From assembly GCA_034439715.1 (NCBI GenBank), contig JAWXAY010000011.1:1-29778 (forward strand): 29,778 nt of DNA. The letters are read 5' to 3'. The notes beneath the pieces were generated by a model that was given only the letters and a program-made list of their open reading frames with translations, did not search any database and had not been told where the DNA came from. The position numbers and the translations under genes are program-made. Positions 8,200-17,395 of this stretch are shown here, piece by piece. This DNA is from Pseudomonadota bacterium. GTDB taxonomy: Bacteria > Bdellovibrionota > Bdellovibrionia > Bdellovibrionales > SG-bin7. The first letter of the stretch is position 1. The number at the start of each line of letters is the position of its first letter.

Positions 8200-10530
8200 T
8201 TAATATAAATTCATTAATATTTCTTCTTGAGTCGCCGGAAGCTTTATAGTTACTGGTTTTTTACGCGCGCTAGCACTCAAAGCGTTTTTGATGGCCGTCC
8301 AAACCGATATGGCAAGAAGTAAGGGGGGCTCTCCTACCGCCTTACTGCCCGACAAATTTTTACGGTTCTCATCGTTAATTAAAAAATCGATATTAAAAAT
8401 ACGGGGTATGTCCTGCACGGAGGGGATCTTGTAGGTACTGGGCGAGCGGGTGAGGAGAGAGCCGTCTTTATTGTAATACAGTTTTTCAGTCGTGACCCAG
8501 CCCAGGCCTTGAATAAAGGCGCCGGTGGTTTGTCCATAATCAACGCCATGGTTAATGGGTCGACCCAAATCCATCAAGATATCCGTTCGCAAAACTTTCA
8601 CTTCCCCGGTAAATCGATCGATAGAAACTTCACTGGCTCCGACACCGTTCGTAAAATAGAAGAACGGATTGCCCTGGCCGGTTTCTTTATTATAGTGAAT
8701 TCCTGGATATCGGTAGTATCCGTGAGCGCCAAGACTTATACGATTCAAATACGCCGCTTCAATGACTTCTTTTAGAGGGACTCGGTCGCCGGGATTAGAT
8801 CTATTAAAAACGAATTCGTTTTCAAATTCTATGTGGTCGGCAGAATTAGACTCAACAATGTTAAACTCTTCTGCCAGTCCCATGACAGCAGGTTTTCGTC
8901 CACGTAATTCTTTTGGAGTGTTGAAAAGCTTATCTGCCACAAGCTGTAGGCGTCGCTTAATAGTTTCGGCAGCTAGTTGGGCGGCGCTGCCATTGATATC
9001 AGAACCGCTTGAGGCAGCCGTCGGAGACGTGTTGTGGATTTTTTCTGTTGAAGTTGGCATAACAAAAACAGCATTTTGGGGAATCGCAAAGACCTCGGCT
9101 ACAATCGTTGAGATTTTTGTATTTACCCCCTGCCCCATTTCTGTCGCACCAGTTGAAACCTGCACCGTTCCATCGAGGTGTAAGTTTACAAGGGCAGAGC
9201 CCTGGTTTAAAAAACGTGTCGTAAAAGAAATGCCAAACTTAACTGCAGTCATTGAAAGCCCGCGCACATGAGTTTTTGAAACGCGATTAAAGTCCGCGAC
9301 TTCTTTTTTTCGCTGATCATAGTTGCTTGTTTTTCGCAGTTGTTTAAATAATCGTGGAAAAATTTCTTGAGTGATAGTTTGCCCGTAAGGAGTAACATTG
9401 TTAGTTCCCTGGTAACAATTGAGTTCCCGAATATCGAGGGCATCCTTTTTTAAATATTCAGCAATTTCTTCAAGGATGTTTTCAATTGTGGCAACGCCCT
9501 TGGGCCCACCAAATCCGCGAAAGGCTGTAGTGGGAGAGAAATTAGTGCGGCAAATTAATCCTTCAATTTTTATGTGGGGAATAAAATAAGCATTGTCACA
9601 ATGTAACATCGCCCGCTCCATGATTGCCGTTGACAAGTCCGCGTAGGCTCCCGAGTCAGAAAACATGTTAACTTTCAATCCCAATATCCGGCCGTCATTG
9701 TCAAAGCCAACTTCGTAGTCATTTTCAAAGGGGTTTCTTTTGCCGGTAATTACCATATCTTCGTCTTTTGTGATTACAACACGAGCGGCTCGACCGGTTC
9801 TTTTGGCTATGAGGGCAGCGATGACTGCGAAGGGGACACCCTGTGACTCTTTTCCACCAAAGGCCCCACCCATGCGCTTCACGATACAAACCACATCACT
9901 ATAACTCAATCCAAGTGCGTGGGCGACGACGTGCTGAATTTCTGTTGGGTGTTGGGTGGACGAATGAATTGCAATTTGTCCGGCTTCACCGGGGTAAGCG
10001 ATCGCCGCCTGAGATTCCAAATAAAAGTGTTCTTGCCCCGCCATCTCAATTTTTCCCTTAATACGGTGGGGTGCATTTTTTAGAGCGTCCTCGACATTTC
10101 CTTTCTGAATTACCCTTGGTGGAGCTATGAAGGACATTTTTTTCCGAGCCTCAGCAATCGAGAGAATTGGGACGAGGGGGGTAACTTTAACCTCAACTAA
10201 CCGACGAGCTTTTCGCAGTGCTTCTGGAGTTTCACATGCAAGGGCACAAAGTGGCTCACCAAAGTAATTGATATCTTCAGCGGCAAATATTGGTTGATCT
10301 TGAAATATCGTACCCCAATAGTTTTCGGACAAATCTTTAGCAGTGTACGCGCCGACCACACCGGGTACAGCAAGGGCCTTTTTGAGATCAATCTGAACCA
10401 GTTTGCCGCGAGCCACTTGGCTGCAAACAATTCCCACGACAAGTTCCCCCGCCACAAAGGGGCGATCATCAATAAATTCGGACTCGCCGGTAACATGTGT
10501 GTGAGATGAGTCGTGCGGCGCGCTGGTCAC
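8200..10530 (-). CDS. xdhB: Xanthine dehydrogenase molybdopterin-binding subunit
   Basis: HDSSHTHVTG, GQEHFYLE, RMGGAFGGKESQ, IMERAMLH, AFRGFGGP, GATEMGQG, SPTAASSGSD, SKAVGEPPL. The catalytic Glu/Arg residues of xanthine oxidoreductases are recognisable. GTG start overlaps the xdhA stop. Confidence 0.95.
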   Translation of the reverse strand: MTSAPHDSSHTHVTGESEFIDDRPFVAGELVVGIVCSQVARGKLVQIDLKKALAVPGVVGAYTAKDLSENYWGTIFQDQPIFAAEDINYFGEPLCALACETPEALRKARRLVEVKVTPLVPILSIAEARKKMSFIAPPRVIQKGNVEDALKNAPHRIKGKIEMAGQEHFYLESQAAIAYPGEAGQIAIHSSTQHPTEIQHVVAHALGLSYSDVVCIVKRMGGAFGGKESQGVPFAVIAALIAKRTGRAARVVITKDEDMVITGKRNPFENDYEVGFDNDGRILGLKVNMFSDSGAYADLSTAIMERAMLHCDNAYFIPHIKIEGLICRTNFSPTTAFRGFGGPKGVATIENILEEIAEYLKKDALDIRELNCYQGTNNVTPYGQTITQEIFPRLFKQLRKTSNYDQRKKEVADFNRVSKTHVRGLSMTAVKFGISFTTRFLNQGSALVNLHLDGTVQVSTGATEMGQGVNTKISTIVAEVFAIPQNAVFVMPTSTEKIHNTSPTAASSGSDINGSAAQLAAETIKRRLQLVADKLFNTPKELRGRKPAVMGLAEEFNIVESNSADHIEFENEFVFNRSNPGDRVPLKEVIEAAYLNRISLGAHGYYRYPGIHYNKETGQGNPFFYFTNGVGASEVSIDRFTGEVKVLRTDILMDLGRPINHGVDYGQTTGAFIQGLGWVTTEKLYYNKDGSLLTRSPSTYKIPSVQDIPRIFNIDFLINDENRKNLSGSKAVGEPPLLLAISVWTAIKNALSASARKKPVTIKLPATQEEILMNLY

Positions 10531-11963
10531 GCGAGAGCTCCGGACTCTAAGTAAAACTTTTCTAATAGGTTGCTAGAGACCTTTCGCCGAAAGGCTTCGC
10601 TGGCGCGCAGGTCTGAAATCGGAGTGATTTCACTTTGCAGAATTTTTTGTGCGGCAGACAAAGTGCCAGGGCTAAGACGTTGGCGAGTTAGATAAGTTTC
10701 AGTTTTTGGGAGCCGTAAGACCGTGGGGCCAACACCCCCGTAAGCAATTTTGATGTCATTGATCTTTTGAGGGCCCTTCTGGATGTAAAAAGCAGCAACG
10801 ACCGATGAAATGTCGAGATCTCTTCTTTGCGAAACCTTATAAAGATAAATTTCTTCGTGCTCCGTTTGCTGGGGCACGATAACTCTTGAAATCCATTCGC
10901 CAGGTAGCAGAGCAGTTTTTTTGTATCCCTTGTAAAAGTTGATAATAGGAACTTCCCGACAAGATTTTAGTCCCTGAATTTCTACTATCGCGCCCGAAAC
11001 AAAAAGATAGGGCAAGGTATCTCCAATAGGAGAAGCATTGACAATATTACCTACCAAAGTGGCCACATTGCGTATTTGGGGGGAAGCAAAGACGTTTAGA
11101 AAGCGACAAAATGTGGGAAGTTCTTTGGTTAGAGTTTCTTGAATAGTGGCTAATGTCACCTTGGCGCCGATACTGACAGCACCTTTATTTTTTGAAATCT
11201 CAAAAAGTCCTGGAATGTGGTGAAGAGTTATGGTTTTTTCAAGGTCGATTTTTTCCTTATTAAATTGTACACCAAGATCGGTAGCCGCAGAGACTATACG
11301 GATTAACTTATTTTCTATTAAAAAATTCGAAACTTGCGAAACCGTTGTGGGCCCTAAAACCTGCTTCTCGGGAGTCTCGATTTCAAATTCAGTGCGGCCA
11401 ATAGAAATCAATTCTTTTTTAATTTGCGGGGTTAAATAGCTTTTCGATAGGGGCCTAAGTTTCGTGGCATCCACGGCAAGCCCTGCCGCGATAATGGGTT
11501 CGTAACCAGTACATCGACAGAGATTACCGGTTGTAAAATTTTTTACTTTACTGGCGTCAACTTTTTTGTGGCATTCAAACATGGCTGTCATGGCAACAAC
11601 AAAACCAGGCGTGCAAAAACCGCACTGGCTGCCAAAGCATTCAGTCATTTTTTTTTGAACTTCGCTGGAGCTGCCCTCGTTTTTAAGTCCCTCTATTGTC
11701 ACAACTGAGGCGCCATCAAGAATGTACAAGGGTGAAATACAGGAGTTCATAACCTTAAACTCTGGTGCACCTTTGGCAATTTTTCTTTCAGGAAAAGCGA
11801 CCAGAACAGAACAGGCTCCGCAATCGCCCTCGGCGCAAACCACTTTAGTGCCCGTTTTGTATAACTTGTATCGGAGATAACTACTTAAAGGTAAAAAAAC
11901 ATCGGCACCAAAAACCCGTGTAGCGTTACCGTTAATGTACATAAAAACAAAGTCTCTCTTCAT
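10527..11963 (-). CDS. xdhA: Xanthine dehydrogenase small subunit (2x[2Fe-2S] + FAD)
   Basis: GTKVVCAEGDCGAC...C, SQCGFCTPG, GNLCRCTGY iron-sulfur motifs; FAD-domain motifs FASPQIRNVATLVGNIVNASPIGD and YKVSQRRDLDIS. Confidence 0.95.
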   Translation of the reverse strand: MKRDFVFMYINGNATRVFGADVFLPLSSYLRYKLYKTGTKVVCAEGDCGACSVLVAFPERKIAKGAPEFKVMNSCISPLYILDGASVVTIEGLKNEGSSSEVQKKMTECFGSQCGFCTPGFVVAMTAMFECHKKVDASKVKNFTTGNLCRCTGYEPIIAAGLAVDATKLRPLSKSYLTPQIKKELISIGRTEFEIETPEKQVLGPTTVSQVSNFLIENKLIRIVSAATDLGVQFNKEKIDLEKTITLHHIPGLFEISKNKGAVSIGAKVTLATIQETLTKELPTFCRFLNVFASPQIRNVATLVGNIVNASPIGDTLPYLFVSGAIVEIQGLKSCREVPIINFYKGYKKTALLPGEWISRVIVPQQTEHEEIYLYKVSQRRDLDISSVVAAFYIQKGPQKINDIKIAYGGVGPTVLRLPKTETYLTRQRLSPGTLSAAQKILQSEITPISDLRASEAFRRKVSSNLLEKFYLESGALA

Positions 11964-11972
11964 TTGACATAG

Positions 11973-12011
11973 AGGTTAGCAACGAAGGTTGTAAAATTAC
12001 AAGAACGAAGG
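11973..12011 (-). promoter_or_regulatory. Candidate sigma70-type promoter of xdhABC with an overlapping palindromic operator
   Basis: Minus strand reads TTGTAA (12002-11997), 18 nt, TGc-TAACCT (11978-11973). The palindrome TTGTAA-AA-TTACAA (11989-12002) is flanked by direct repeats AACGAAGG (11981-11988 and 12004-12011). Confidence 0.45.
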
Positions 12012-12012
12012 C

Positions 12013-12891
12013 TTAAAAATACTTAATTTGGCGCAGAAATTTTTCTATACGTAGGTTGACGAGCTCAGGCAAGTCAAGTTGGGTGCAATGAGAGCCCAGG
12101 GGAACCACTAAATACTCACTTCCAATTATTTTTTTATGTAGCAAATCTTGAAATTGTTTGGGCGTGACAGAATCTTTTTCGCCGGCAATGACCAGTGTTG
12201 GGATATTAATTCGATCTAGCACTGGGGTGGCGTTATAGGCCATCATCTGATCAAAAAATCGAATAATAACGTCGAGATCCATAGCCGATACGCCTCGAGC
12301 GTAAACCTCAATGTCTTTAAAGCTGGTTAAACTTAAATTAAAACCCCCGGCGAGAGCCGAAATCTGCATGGCCAATCTATTGTTAATAAGAGATTTCCAC
12401 AGAACGGATAGCGTTTCGGGGACGGCGTCATAGCCCTGCTTAAAAAATTGATAGATGGTGGCCGCAGCATCGTTGCCGAACATATTTTTTAACGGATTTG
12501 TTGTAAAGCCATTAATAAAAATCAAGTTATGAAATAAATTCGGGTACATGTCGTAGGCTCGAATTATCACTTGGGCGCCAAAGCTATGCGAAACAAAGGA
12601 GGCGTTTTCTATTTTTAAATGGTCGCAGATGGCCTTTATGTCTTGAGCAATCGCGTCGAAAGTTATGTTGTCCTTATTTTCAGGAATAGGCGTTTGGTGG
12701 TGGCCGCGGTAATCAAAAGTTATAACCTGATAATTTTGCGAAAAGTAGGACGTCTGATGTCGCCAATGATTCATTAAACAGGCAACGCCGTAACAAAGAA
12801 AGATAGGTTTTCCTTCGCCGCGGGACTCATAATAAATTTTGGCTCCGTCAAAACTCTTAACAAAGCCGGTTATTTTTTTTACTGGGCTCAT
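12013..12891 (-). CDS. Alpha/beta-fold hydrolase
   Basis: SFDGAKIYY, FDYRGH, nucleophile elbow SHSFG, acid GEKDSVTP, His in GSHC. Confidence 0.88.
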   Translation of the reverse strand: MSPVKKITGFVKSFDGAKIYYESRGEGKPIFLCYGVACLMNHWRHQTSYFSQNYQVITFDYRGHHQTPIPENKDNITFDAIAQDIKAICDHLKIENASFVSHSFGAQVIIRAYDMYPNLFHNLIFINGFTTNPLKNMFGNDAAATIYQFFKQGYDAVPETLSVLWKSLINNRLAMQISALAGGFNLSLTSFKDIEVYARGVSAMDLDVIIRFFDQMMAYNATPVLDRINIPTLVIAGEKDSVTPKQFQDLLHKKIIGSEYLVVPLGSHCTQLDLPELVNLRIEKFLRQIKYF

Positions 12892-13625
12892 TTTACAAAA
12901 CTTATAATTATTTTAGTGGCCAGGACCTCAATTTCATCGCCTGCCTTTATTATGTCGGTCTTTGTTGGGCGCCCATTTAACAAAACTTTTTCGCTGTCAA
13001 ATGACTTAAAAACCACACCATTGGTCGTGGGAGTCAGAGAAAAACTAGTATCTGGCGCATCAGGTTCAAATAGGGGGTGCTCGGGGGTGTCGCTCCCAAA
13101 CTCTCTTGGCCCATATCCCAAAGTCCATTCTGTGGGATATTGAATTCCTCGGACGAACTTTAAGCTTATCTTTGGGCTGAAGGCTGAGAGACTTGAGGGC
13201 GAGTTCTTGACTACGCGCTCAACGCCTCGGGCCAGGCGTTCTATTTTTTCTTTCCAGCTTGGCTTAACCTCGGTCGCAACAGAGACTTCTTCGACGGCGT
13301 CTTTTTTCGCCGAATTTATCGGCCTCGCAACCGTGTCCTCAATGTCTATTATTTTAAAATACGCCTTACCAATCATAAATTTAACGCCATGAGTAATTGG
13401 TAGACTTCGAACTCGGCGGCCGTCACACATTATGCCGCTTCTGGAGCTCAGATCCATAATTGTCCAGCCCTTGTCTTTGCTACTGTATTTAAATATGGCG
13501 TGTTTTGTCGACACAGTAGGGTCAGGGACCAAAACATCGCCCTCAGACCTTCCGATAGTGAGACCCTCGACGATTTTATATCGAGTTTCATTAGCTCCAT
13601 CGATAAAAAGCAGAAATAACGCCAT
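12888..13625 (-). CDS. FHA domain-containing protein (N-terminal FHA plus a degenerate C-terminal FHA-like region)
   Basis: TIGRS, VSTKHA, DLSSRSG FHA motifs; C-terminal VLLNGRP...IKAGDEIEV resembles a second FHA-like beta sandwich. Confidence 0.75.
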   Translation of the reverse strand: MALFLLFIDGANETRYKIVEGLTIGRSEGDVLVPDPTVSTKHAIFKYSSKDKGWTIMDLSSRSGIMCDGRRVRSLPITHGVKFMIGKAYFKIIDIEDTVARPINSAKKDAVEEVSVATEVKPSWKEKIERLARGVERVVKNSPSSLSAFSPKISLKFVRGIQYPTEWTLGYGPREFGSDTPEHPLFEPDAPDTSFSLTPTTNGVVFKSFDSEKVLLNGRPTKTDIIKAGDEIEVLATKIIISFVK

Positions 13626-13682
13626 TACGAGTATTCTATCTAATATTCACGGCGTTGGATTGCAGAAAATGACAGTGAAATC

Positions 13683-13711
13683 TTGTCGGAAGCAGGAAGT
13701 CATGGTACGAC
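13683..13711 (+). promoter_or_regulatory. Candidate sigma70-type promoter for rpsF-DUF2232-rplI
   Basis: TTGTCG, 17 nt ending in TGg, then TACGAC; sits upstream of the rpsF SD (AAAGGA). Weak consensus match only. Confidence 0.3.
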
Positions 13712-13750
13712 GTTGAACTCTTATTCAAAATGACTGAAAGGATTATTGTA

Positions 13751-14170
13751 ATGCAACTATCTGAGATCAAAATTACCAGACCTTATGAGGGCATAATTCT
13801 CATGCACCCAGACAGCACCGCAGATGATCAAAAGGCGCTACTAAAGAAAAATGCACAAACAATTGAATCACACAAGGGTCAGGTAAAGCACGTCGACACT
13901 TGGGGCAAGCGATTTTTAGCAACTCCAATCGATAAAATTACAAAAGCCCACTATTTCCATACAACTTTTGTTGCCGACACAAAGGCTGTTACAGAGCTTG
14001 AGCGAACAATGCGGATTAACGAAAAAGTTCTGCGATTTTTTCACAAGCGGCTTGACGATAGAGTTGATATCAAAAAACATGTAGACGATTTTAAAGCGGG
14101 TCTCGCCGCAAACGCGGCCAAAGAGCGCGAGTCTAGAATGAAAGACAGAAGACCTCCCCGGGCTGAGTAA
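13751..14170 (+). CDS. rpsF: 30S ribosomal protein S6
   Basis: RPYEGIILMHPD, DTWGKRFLATPIDK, AHY, ELERTMRINEKVLRF. ATG 13751 has SD AAAGGA; the track start at 13730 is in frame but less well supported. Confidence 0.93.
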   Translation: MQLSEIKITRPYEGIILMHPDSTADDQKALLKKNAQTIESHKGQVKHVDTWGKRFLATPIDKITKAHYFHTTFVADTKAVTELERTMRINEKVLRFFHKRLDDRVDIKKHVDDFKAGLAANAAKERESRMKDRRPPRAE

Positions 14171-14183
14171 TTAGGAGCTATTT

Positions 14184-15086
14184 TTGACAAGCCACAGCCT
14201 ATCAGACACATTAAAATTTGTTCTTCTTCACATTTTAGCGGTGATTTTTAGTTCCTTTACATACATCTGCGGCGCCGTTCCTATTATGGTTATTCGACAG
14301 GCGTACGGACGAATTGGTTTTTTCGTAGGCCTTACAGTCGTGTCGTCTTTATTGTTTTCTTTGAATTACACTTTTTTAGCATTTACTTTTATATGTTTGG
14401 CCCTGTTAGTGGGAATATATTCAGAAATGGAGCAAGGCGGAGCGACCCCTGCCGGCGCCGGCCTGCTTGCAGTGCTATTTGTTTCGGGAGTCACCGCAAT
14501 TTTCAGCTCCGTATATGTACAGTATAATCAGCTGAGCTTAGTCTCTGTGTTGCGCGTTAAAATCTTAGAGGTGCTTGCCCAGCTACGCGACATTAATCCA
14601 AACATTCAAATTGAAGTGGATACGGTTATGGGGCAACTGCCTTCGGGCATATTGGCGGCACTAATACTTTCTCTGGCTATTTCAGTTATTTCATACCGTT
14701 CTCTTGCGGGTATTCTGCGAATAAATGTTAAAGAGAAATATCATACAAACTTGCGTACTTTCGAACTGCCAAACCTATGTGTATGGCTGACTATAGTCAG
14801 CATAGCGTTGGTGGGATTAAATTTACAGGGAGAATGGTATCGATTAGTTGGTTTGAATTTGCTTAACGTGATGATCGTTCTTTATTTTTTTCAGGGCCTC
14901 GCGATTGTAATGAGTTTTTTTAAAACTTTCCGTATTAGTTTTTTTTGGCAGATTACTTGGCTTTTATTGTTAGTCGTTCAATTATTTATATTGGTAAGTT
15001 TAATTGGCTTTGTTGATTATTGGCTGGATCTTCGCAAGCGCATGTATAGGCGTGTGGCTCCAAACAAAGTGGATAAACGAGCCTAA
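14184..15086 (+). CDS. YybS/DUF2232-family membrane protein
   Basis: Polytopic membrane protein with LYFFQGLAI and LIGFVDYWLDLRKR motifs; the position before rplI is typical of this family. TTG start with SD AGGAG. Confidence 0.85.
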   Translation: MTSHSLSDTLKFVLLHILAVIFSSFTYICGAVPIMVIRQAYGRIGFFVGLTVVSSLLFSLNYTFLAFTFICLALLVGIYSEMEQGGATPAGAGLLAVLFVSGVTAIFSSVYVQYNQLSLVSVLRVKILEVLAQLRDINPNIQIEVDTVMGQLPSGILAALILSLAISVISYRSLAGILRINVKEKYHTNLRTFELPNLCVWLTIVSIALVGLNLQGEWYRLVGLNLLNVMIVLYFFQGLAIVMSFFKTFRISFFWQITWLLLLVVQLFILVSLIGFVDYWLDLRKRMYRRVAPNKVDKRA

Positions 15087-15107
15087 GCAAGGGATAAGGG
15101 GTTATAT

Positions 15108-15551
15108 ATGAAAGTTATTTTGCAAAAGGACGTTAAAGATCTAGGAAAAGTTGGTGACCTGGTGAGTGTAAGTAAAGGTTACGCAAGAAATTTTTTATTC
15201 CCGAGGCTTATGGCCGCAGAGGCGACGGAAAGACGAGTTAATGAGTTGGGTCATCTTAAAAAAGCTGCTGAAGCTAAAAAGAAAAAGGCAGTTGGCGAAA
15301 GAAAAGCTCTTTTAGACAAGCTTTCAAAGGTTAACGTTTCTTTTTCTCGTGCAGCTGGCGAAAAAGACAAGCTTTTTGGTTCTATAACAACGATGGAAAT
15401 TTCTGCCGAACTAGAAAAGCTGGGATTTTCTGTTGATCGCAGAGACATTGTTCTCGAAGACCAAATTAAGGTGCTGGGGCAACATAAAGCGAAAGTAAAG
15501 CTTGGCGAGGGTCTAGATGCCGAGCTAACAATTACTGTCGATAGAACCTGA
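15108..15551 (+). CDS. rplI: 50S ribosomal protein L9
   Basis: [32 protein letters not shown] and KLFGSIT motifs. Confidence 0.97.
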   Translation: MKVILQKDVKDLGKVGDLVSVSKGYARNFLFPRLMAAEATERRVNELGHLKKAAEAKKKKAVGERKALLDKLSKVNVSFSRAAGEKDKLFGSITTMEISAELEKLGFSVDRRDIVLEDQIKVLGQHKAKVKLGEGLDAELTITVDRT

Positions 15552-15767
15552 AATATCATTTTTGGTATCTACCAAAACATCCTGTAAATAGTTGGCTAGG
15601 ACTCCGCGGAGTTCTTCAAGCGTAATCGTTTGAGGGTTTAGCCCCGCCATCTGAACGACCGAAATGATTTCATTTCGAACAAAGTCCTCTGGAAGATTAG
15701 TCATATCTTTTATTCTAGAAATTAGTAATTCAACCATGTATTTCCCAACCATCTGATAAGAAGACAC
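15525..15767 (-). CDS. Small hypothetical helical protein downstream of dnaB
   Basis: Fills an otherwise empty gap and has a protein-like amphipathic pattern ([10 protein letters not shown]...[24 protein letters not shown]). The start may be ATG 15737 or 15752. It overlaps the rplI 3' end by 27 nt. Confidence 0.65.
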   Translation of the reverse strand: MSSYQMVGKYMVELLISRIKDMTNLPEDFVRNEIISVVQMAGLNPQTITLEELRGVLANYLQDVLVDTKNDISGSIDSNC

Positions 15768-15855
15768 CTAAATTTCAACAAACGGGAAATGTCTACACAA
15801 CTGGATTTAACTTTGAGAAGAAAAACTGGACCAATCTAGATTTTTGTAGGTATTT

Positions 15856-17289
15856 TTACTGATTTGCACGTGGAGCAAAATTAGGAGGCATGCCGCCAGC
15901 TGTACGGTCTTTGGTTGGAGGAATGGGTGGCAAAAACTTTGCGTCCAGGTCAGCGCTTGAAAACCGACCATAACTGGCATCCCACCGTAGCCGAACATGG
16001 CCCGTCGGACCGTTCCTGTGTTTGTTTATCAAAAGTTCTGCCATTCCATGGACCTCTGGATTTTCACCGTCATAGTATTCTTCACGATAAAGCATCATAA
16101 TTACGTCGGCATCCTGTTCAATAGACCCCGACTCCCGCAAGTCAGATAGCATCGGCCTACGCTCAGACTTGCCGCGGCCCTCAACGCCCCGGTTAAGCTG
16201 TGCAAGTGCCACCACAGGAATTTGAAGTTCTTTGGCAATAGCCTTAAGAGTCCTGGAAATTTCTGCAACTGCACGCTCGCGGCTCTCAACTTTTTGCTTG
16301 AGGTCCATGAGCTGAAGATAATCCACTACAATCATATCAAGGCCGACTTGAGACTTCATGCGGCGGGCTTTGGCCCGAATTTCGTAAGGAGAAATACCAG
16401 AGGTATCATCAATATAAAGATGCGACTGGCTAATAGCTGCGGCGGCCCCAATAATTCTCGGCCAAGCATCATCCCCAATACGGCCAATTCGAACATCTGA
16501 CATATTTATTTTTGCCTCTGAAGCCAAAAGCCGGAGCATGATTTGTTCTTTTGCCATCTCAACAGAAAAATAGGCCACCTTTTTTTTCTCTCGAAGGGCG
16601 GCGTGAGCGGCCATATTTAAACTTAGGGCAGTTTTACCCATAGAGGGCCGGGCAGCGAGAATAATCATTTCGCCGGGCTGCAACCCAGCCGTTAACTTAT
16701 CCAATTCTAAAAATCCCGTGGGAACACCAGTGATACCTGGTTTAGTATTATAAAGTTCCTCGACTTTTTTAATGCTGTCTTTAACTATCTGACCCGCGTT
16801 TATAAGCCCCGAAAGACTTTTATTTTCCGAAACATTGTAAATGCTGCTCTCAGCAAAATCCATAAAAGCATCAATATCCTGGAAGTCTTGCAGAAATGCT
16901 TTTTCGGTAAGGTCTGCGCAAGCCTTAATTAAATTACGAAGCCGGGCTTTTTCATAAACAATCTTAGAGTAACTTTCTAAATGTGCGGTCGTGTGGGTTT
17001 TATTTACAACCTCAATTAAATACTGTTTTCCACCAACACTAGCGATCTCGTTGTCTTCCTCAAGAGCGGTACAAACAGTGATAATATCTGACGGGAGGCC
17101 TCGCTTATTTAATCTCTCGATAGCACGAAAAATCTTCTTATGACCACTCTGATAAAAATCGTCCGCACAGACTACGTCAGAGACCTGATCCCAAGAGTCG
17201 GGTTCCAACATTAGTCCGCCAAGAATTGCTATTTCAGCTTCTTCGCTATGCGGGGGAGTTTTTGGCTTTGAAGATTCAAATGTGTTCAT
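15856..17289 (-). CDS. dnaB: Replicative DNA helicase DnaB
   Basis: PPHSEEAE, Walker A ARPSMGKT, FSVEM, VDYLQL, LAQLNR, DLRESGSIEQDAD, KHRNGPTG. Normal length, no intein. Confidence 0.97.
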   Translation of the reverse strand: MNTFESSKPKTPPHSEEAEIAILGGLMLEPDSWDQVSDVVCADDFYQSGHKKIFRAIERLNKRGLPSDIITVCTALEEDNEIASVGGKQYLIEVVNKTHTTAHLESYSKIVYEKARLRNLIKACADLTEKAFLQDFQDIDAFMDFAESSIYNVSENKSLSGLINAGQIVKDSIKKVEELYNTKPGITGVPTGFLELDKLTAGLQPGEMIILAARPSMGKTALSLNMAAHAALREKKKVAYFSVEMAKEQIMLRLLASEAKINMSDVRIGRIGDDAWPRIIGAAAAISQSHLYIDDTSGISPYEIRAKARRMKSQVGLDMIVVDYLQLMDLKQKVESRERAVAEISRTLKAIAKELQIPVVALAQLNRGVEGRGKSERRPMLSDLRESGSIEQDADVIMMLYREEYYDGENPEVHGMAELLINKHRNGPTGHVRLRWDASYGRFSSADLDAKFLPPIPPTKDRTAGGMPPNFAPRANQ

Positions 17290-17311
17290 TAGTTTTTCCG
17301 CCCACGATCTA

Positions 17312-17340
17312 ATTATATGCTAAAAGATTCGGTTTGGAAA
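17312..17340 (-). promoter_or_regulatory. Candidate sigma70-type promoter for dnaB
   Basis: Minus strand TTTCCA (17340-17335), 17 nt, TATAAT (17317-17312), ending 22 nt before the dnaB ATG. Confidence 0.5.
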
Positions 17341-17375
17341 TGGGCCCAGTTCATATTCGTAGGGCCCCATTTTCA
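17336..17375. other. Imperfect hairpin between fis and dnaB (possible terminator or RNA-stability element)
   Basis: GAAATGGGCCC...GGGCCCCATTTTC inverted repeat just downstream of the fis stop. There is no clear U-tract on the minus strand. Confidence 0.3.
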
Positions 17376-17395
17376 TTAAAGCAGTTTATTAATAT

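Noticed and set aside
13713..13728. TTGAA-CTCTTA-TTCAA hairpin in the rpsF leader as an S6:S18 regulatory RNA
   Set aside because: Only a 5-bp AT-rich stem, and no CCG-containing internal loop is evident.
15856..17289. Possible intein in DnaB
   Set aside because: The 477-aa length is normal and the helicase motifs are contiguous.
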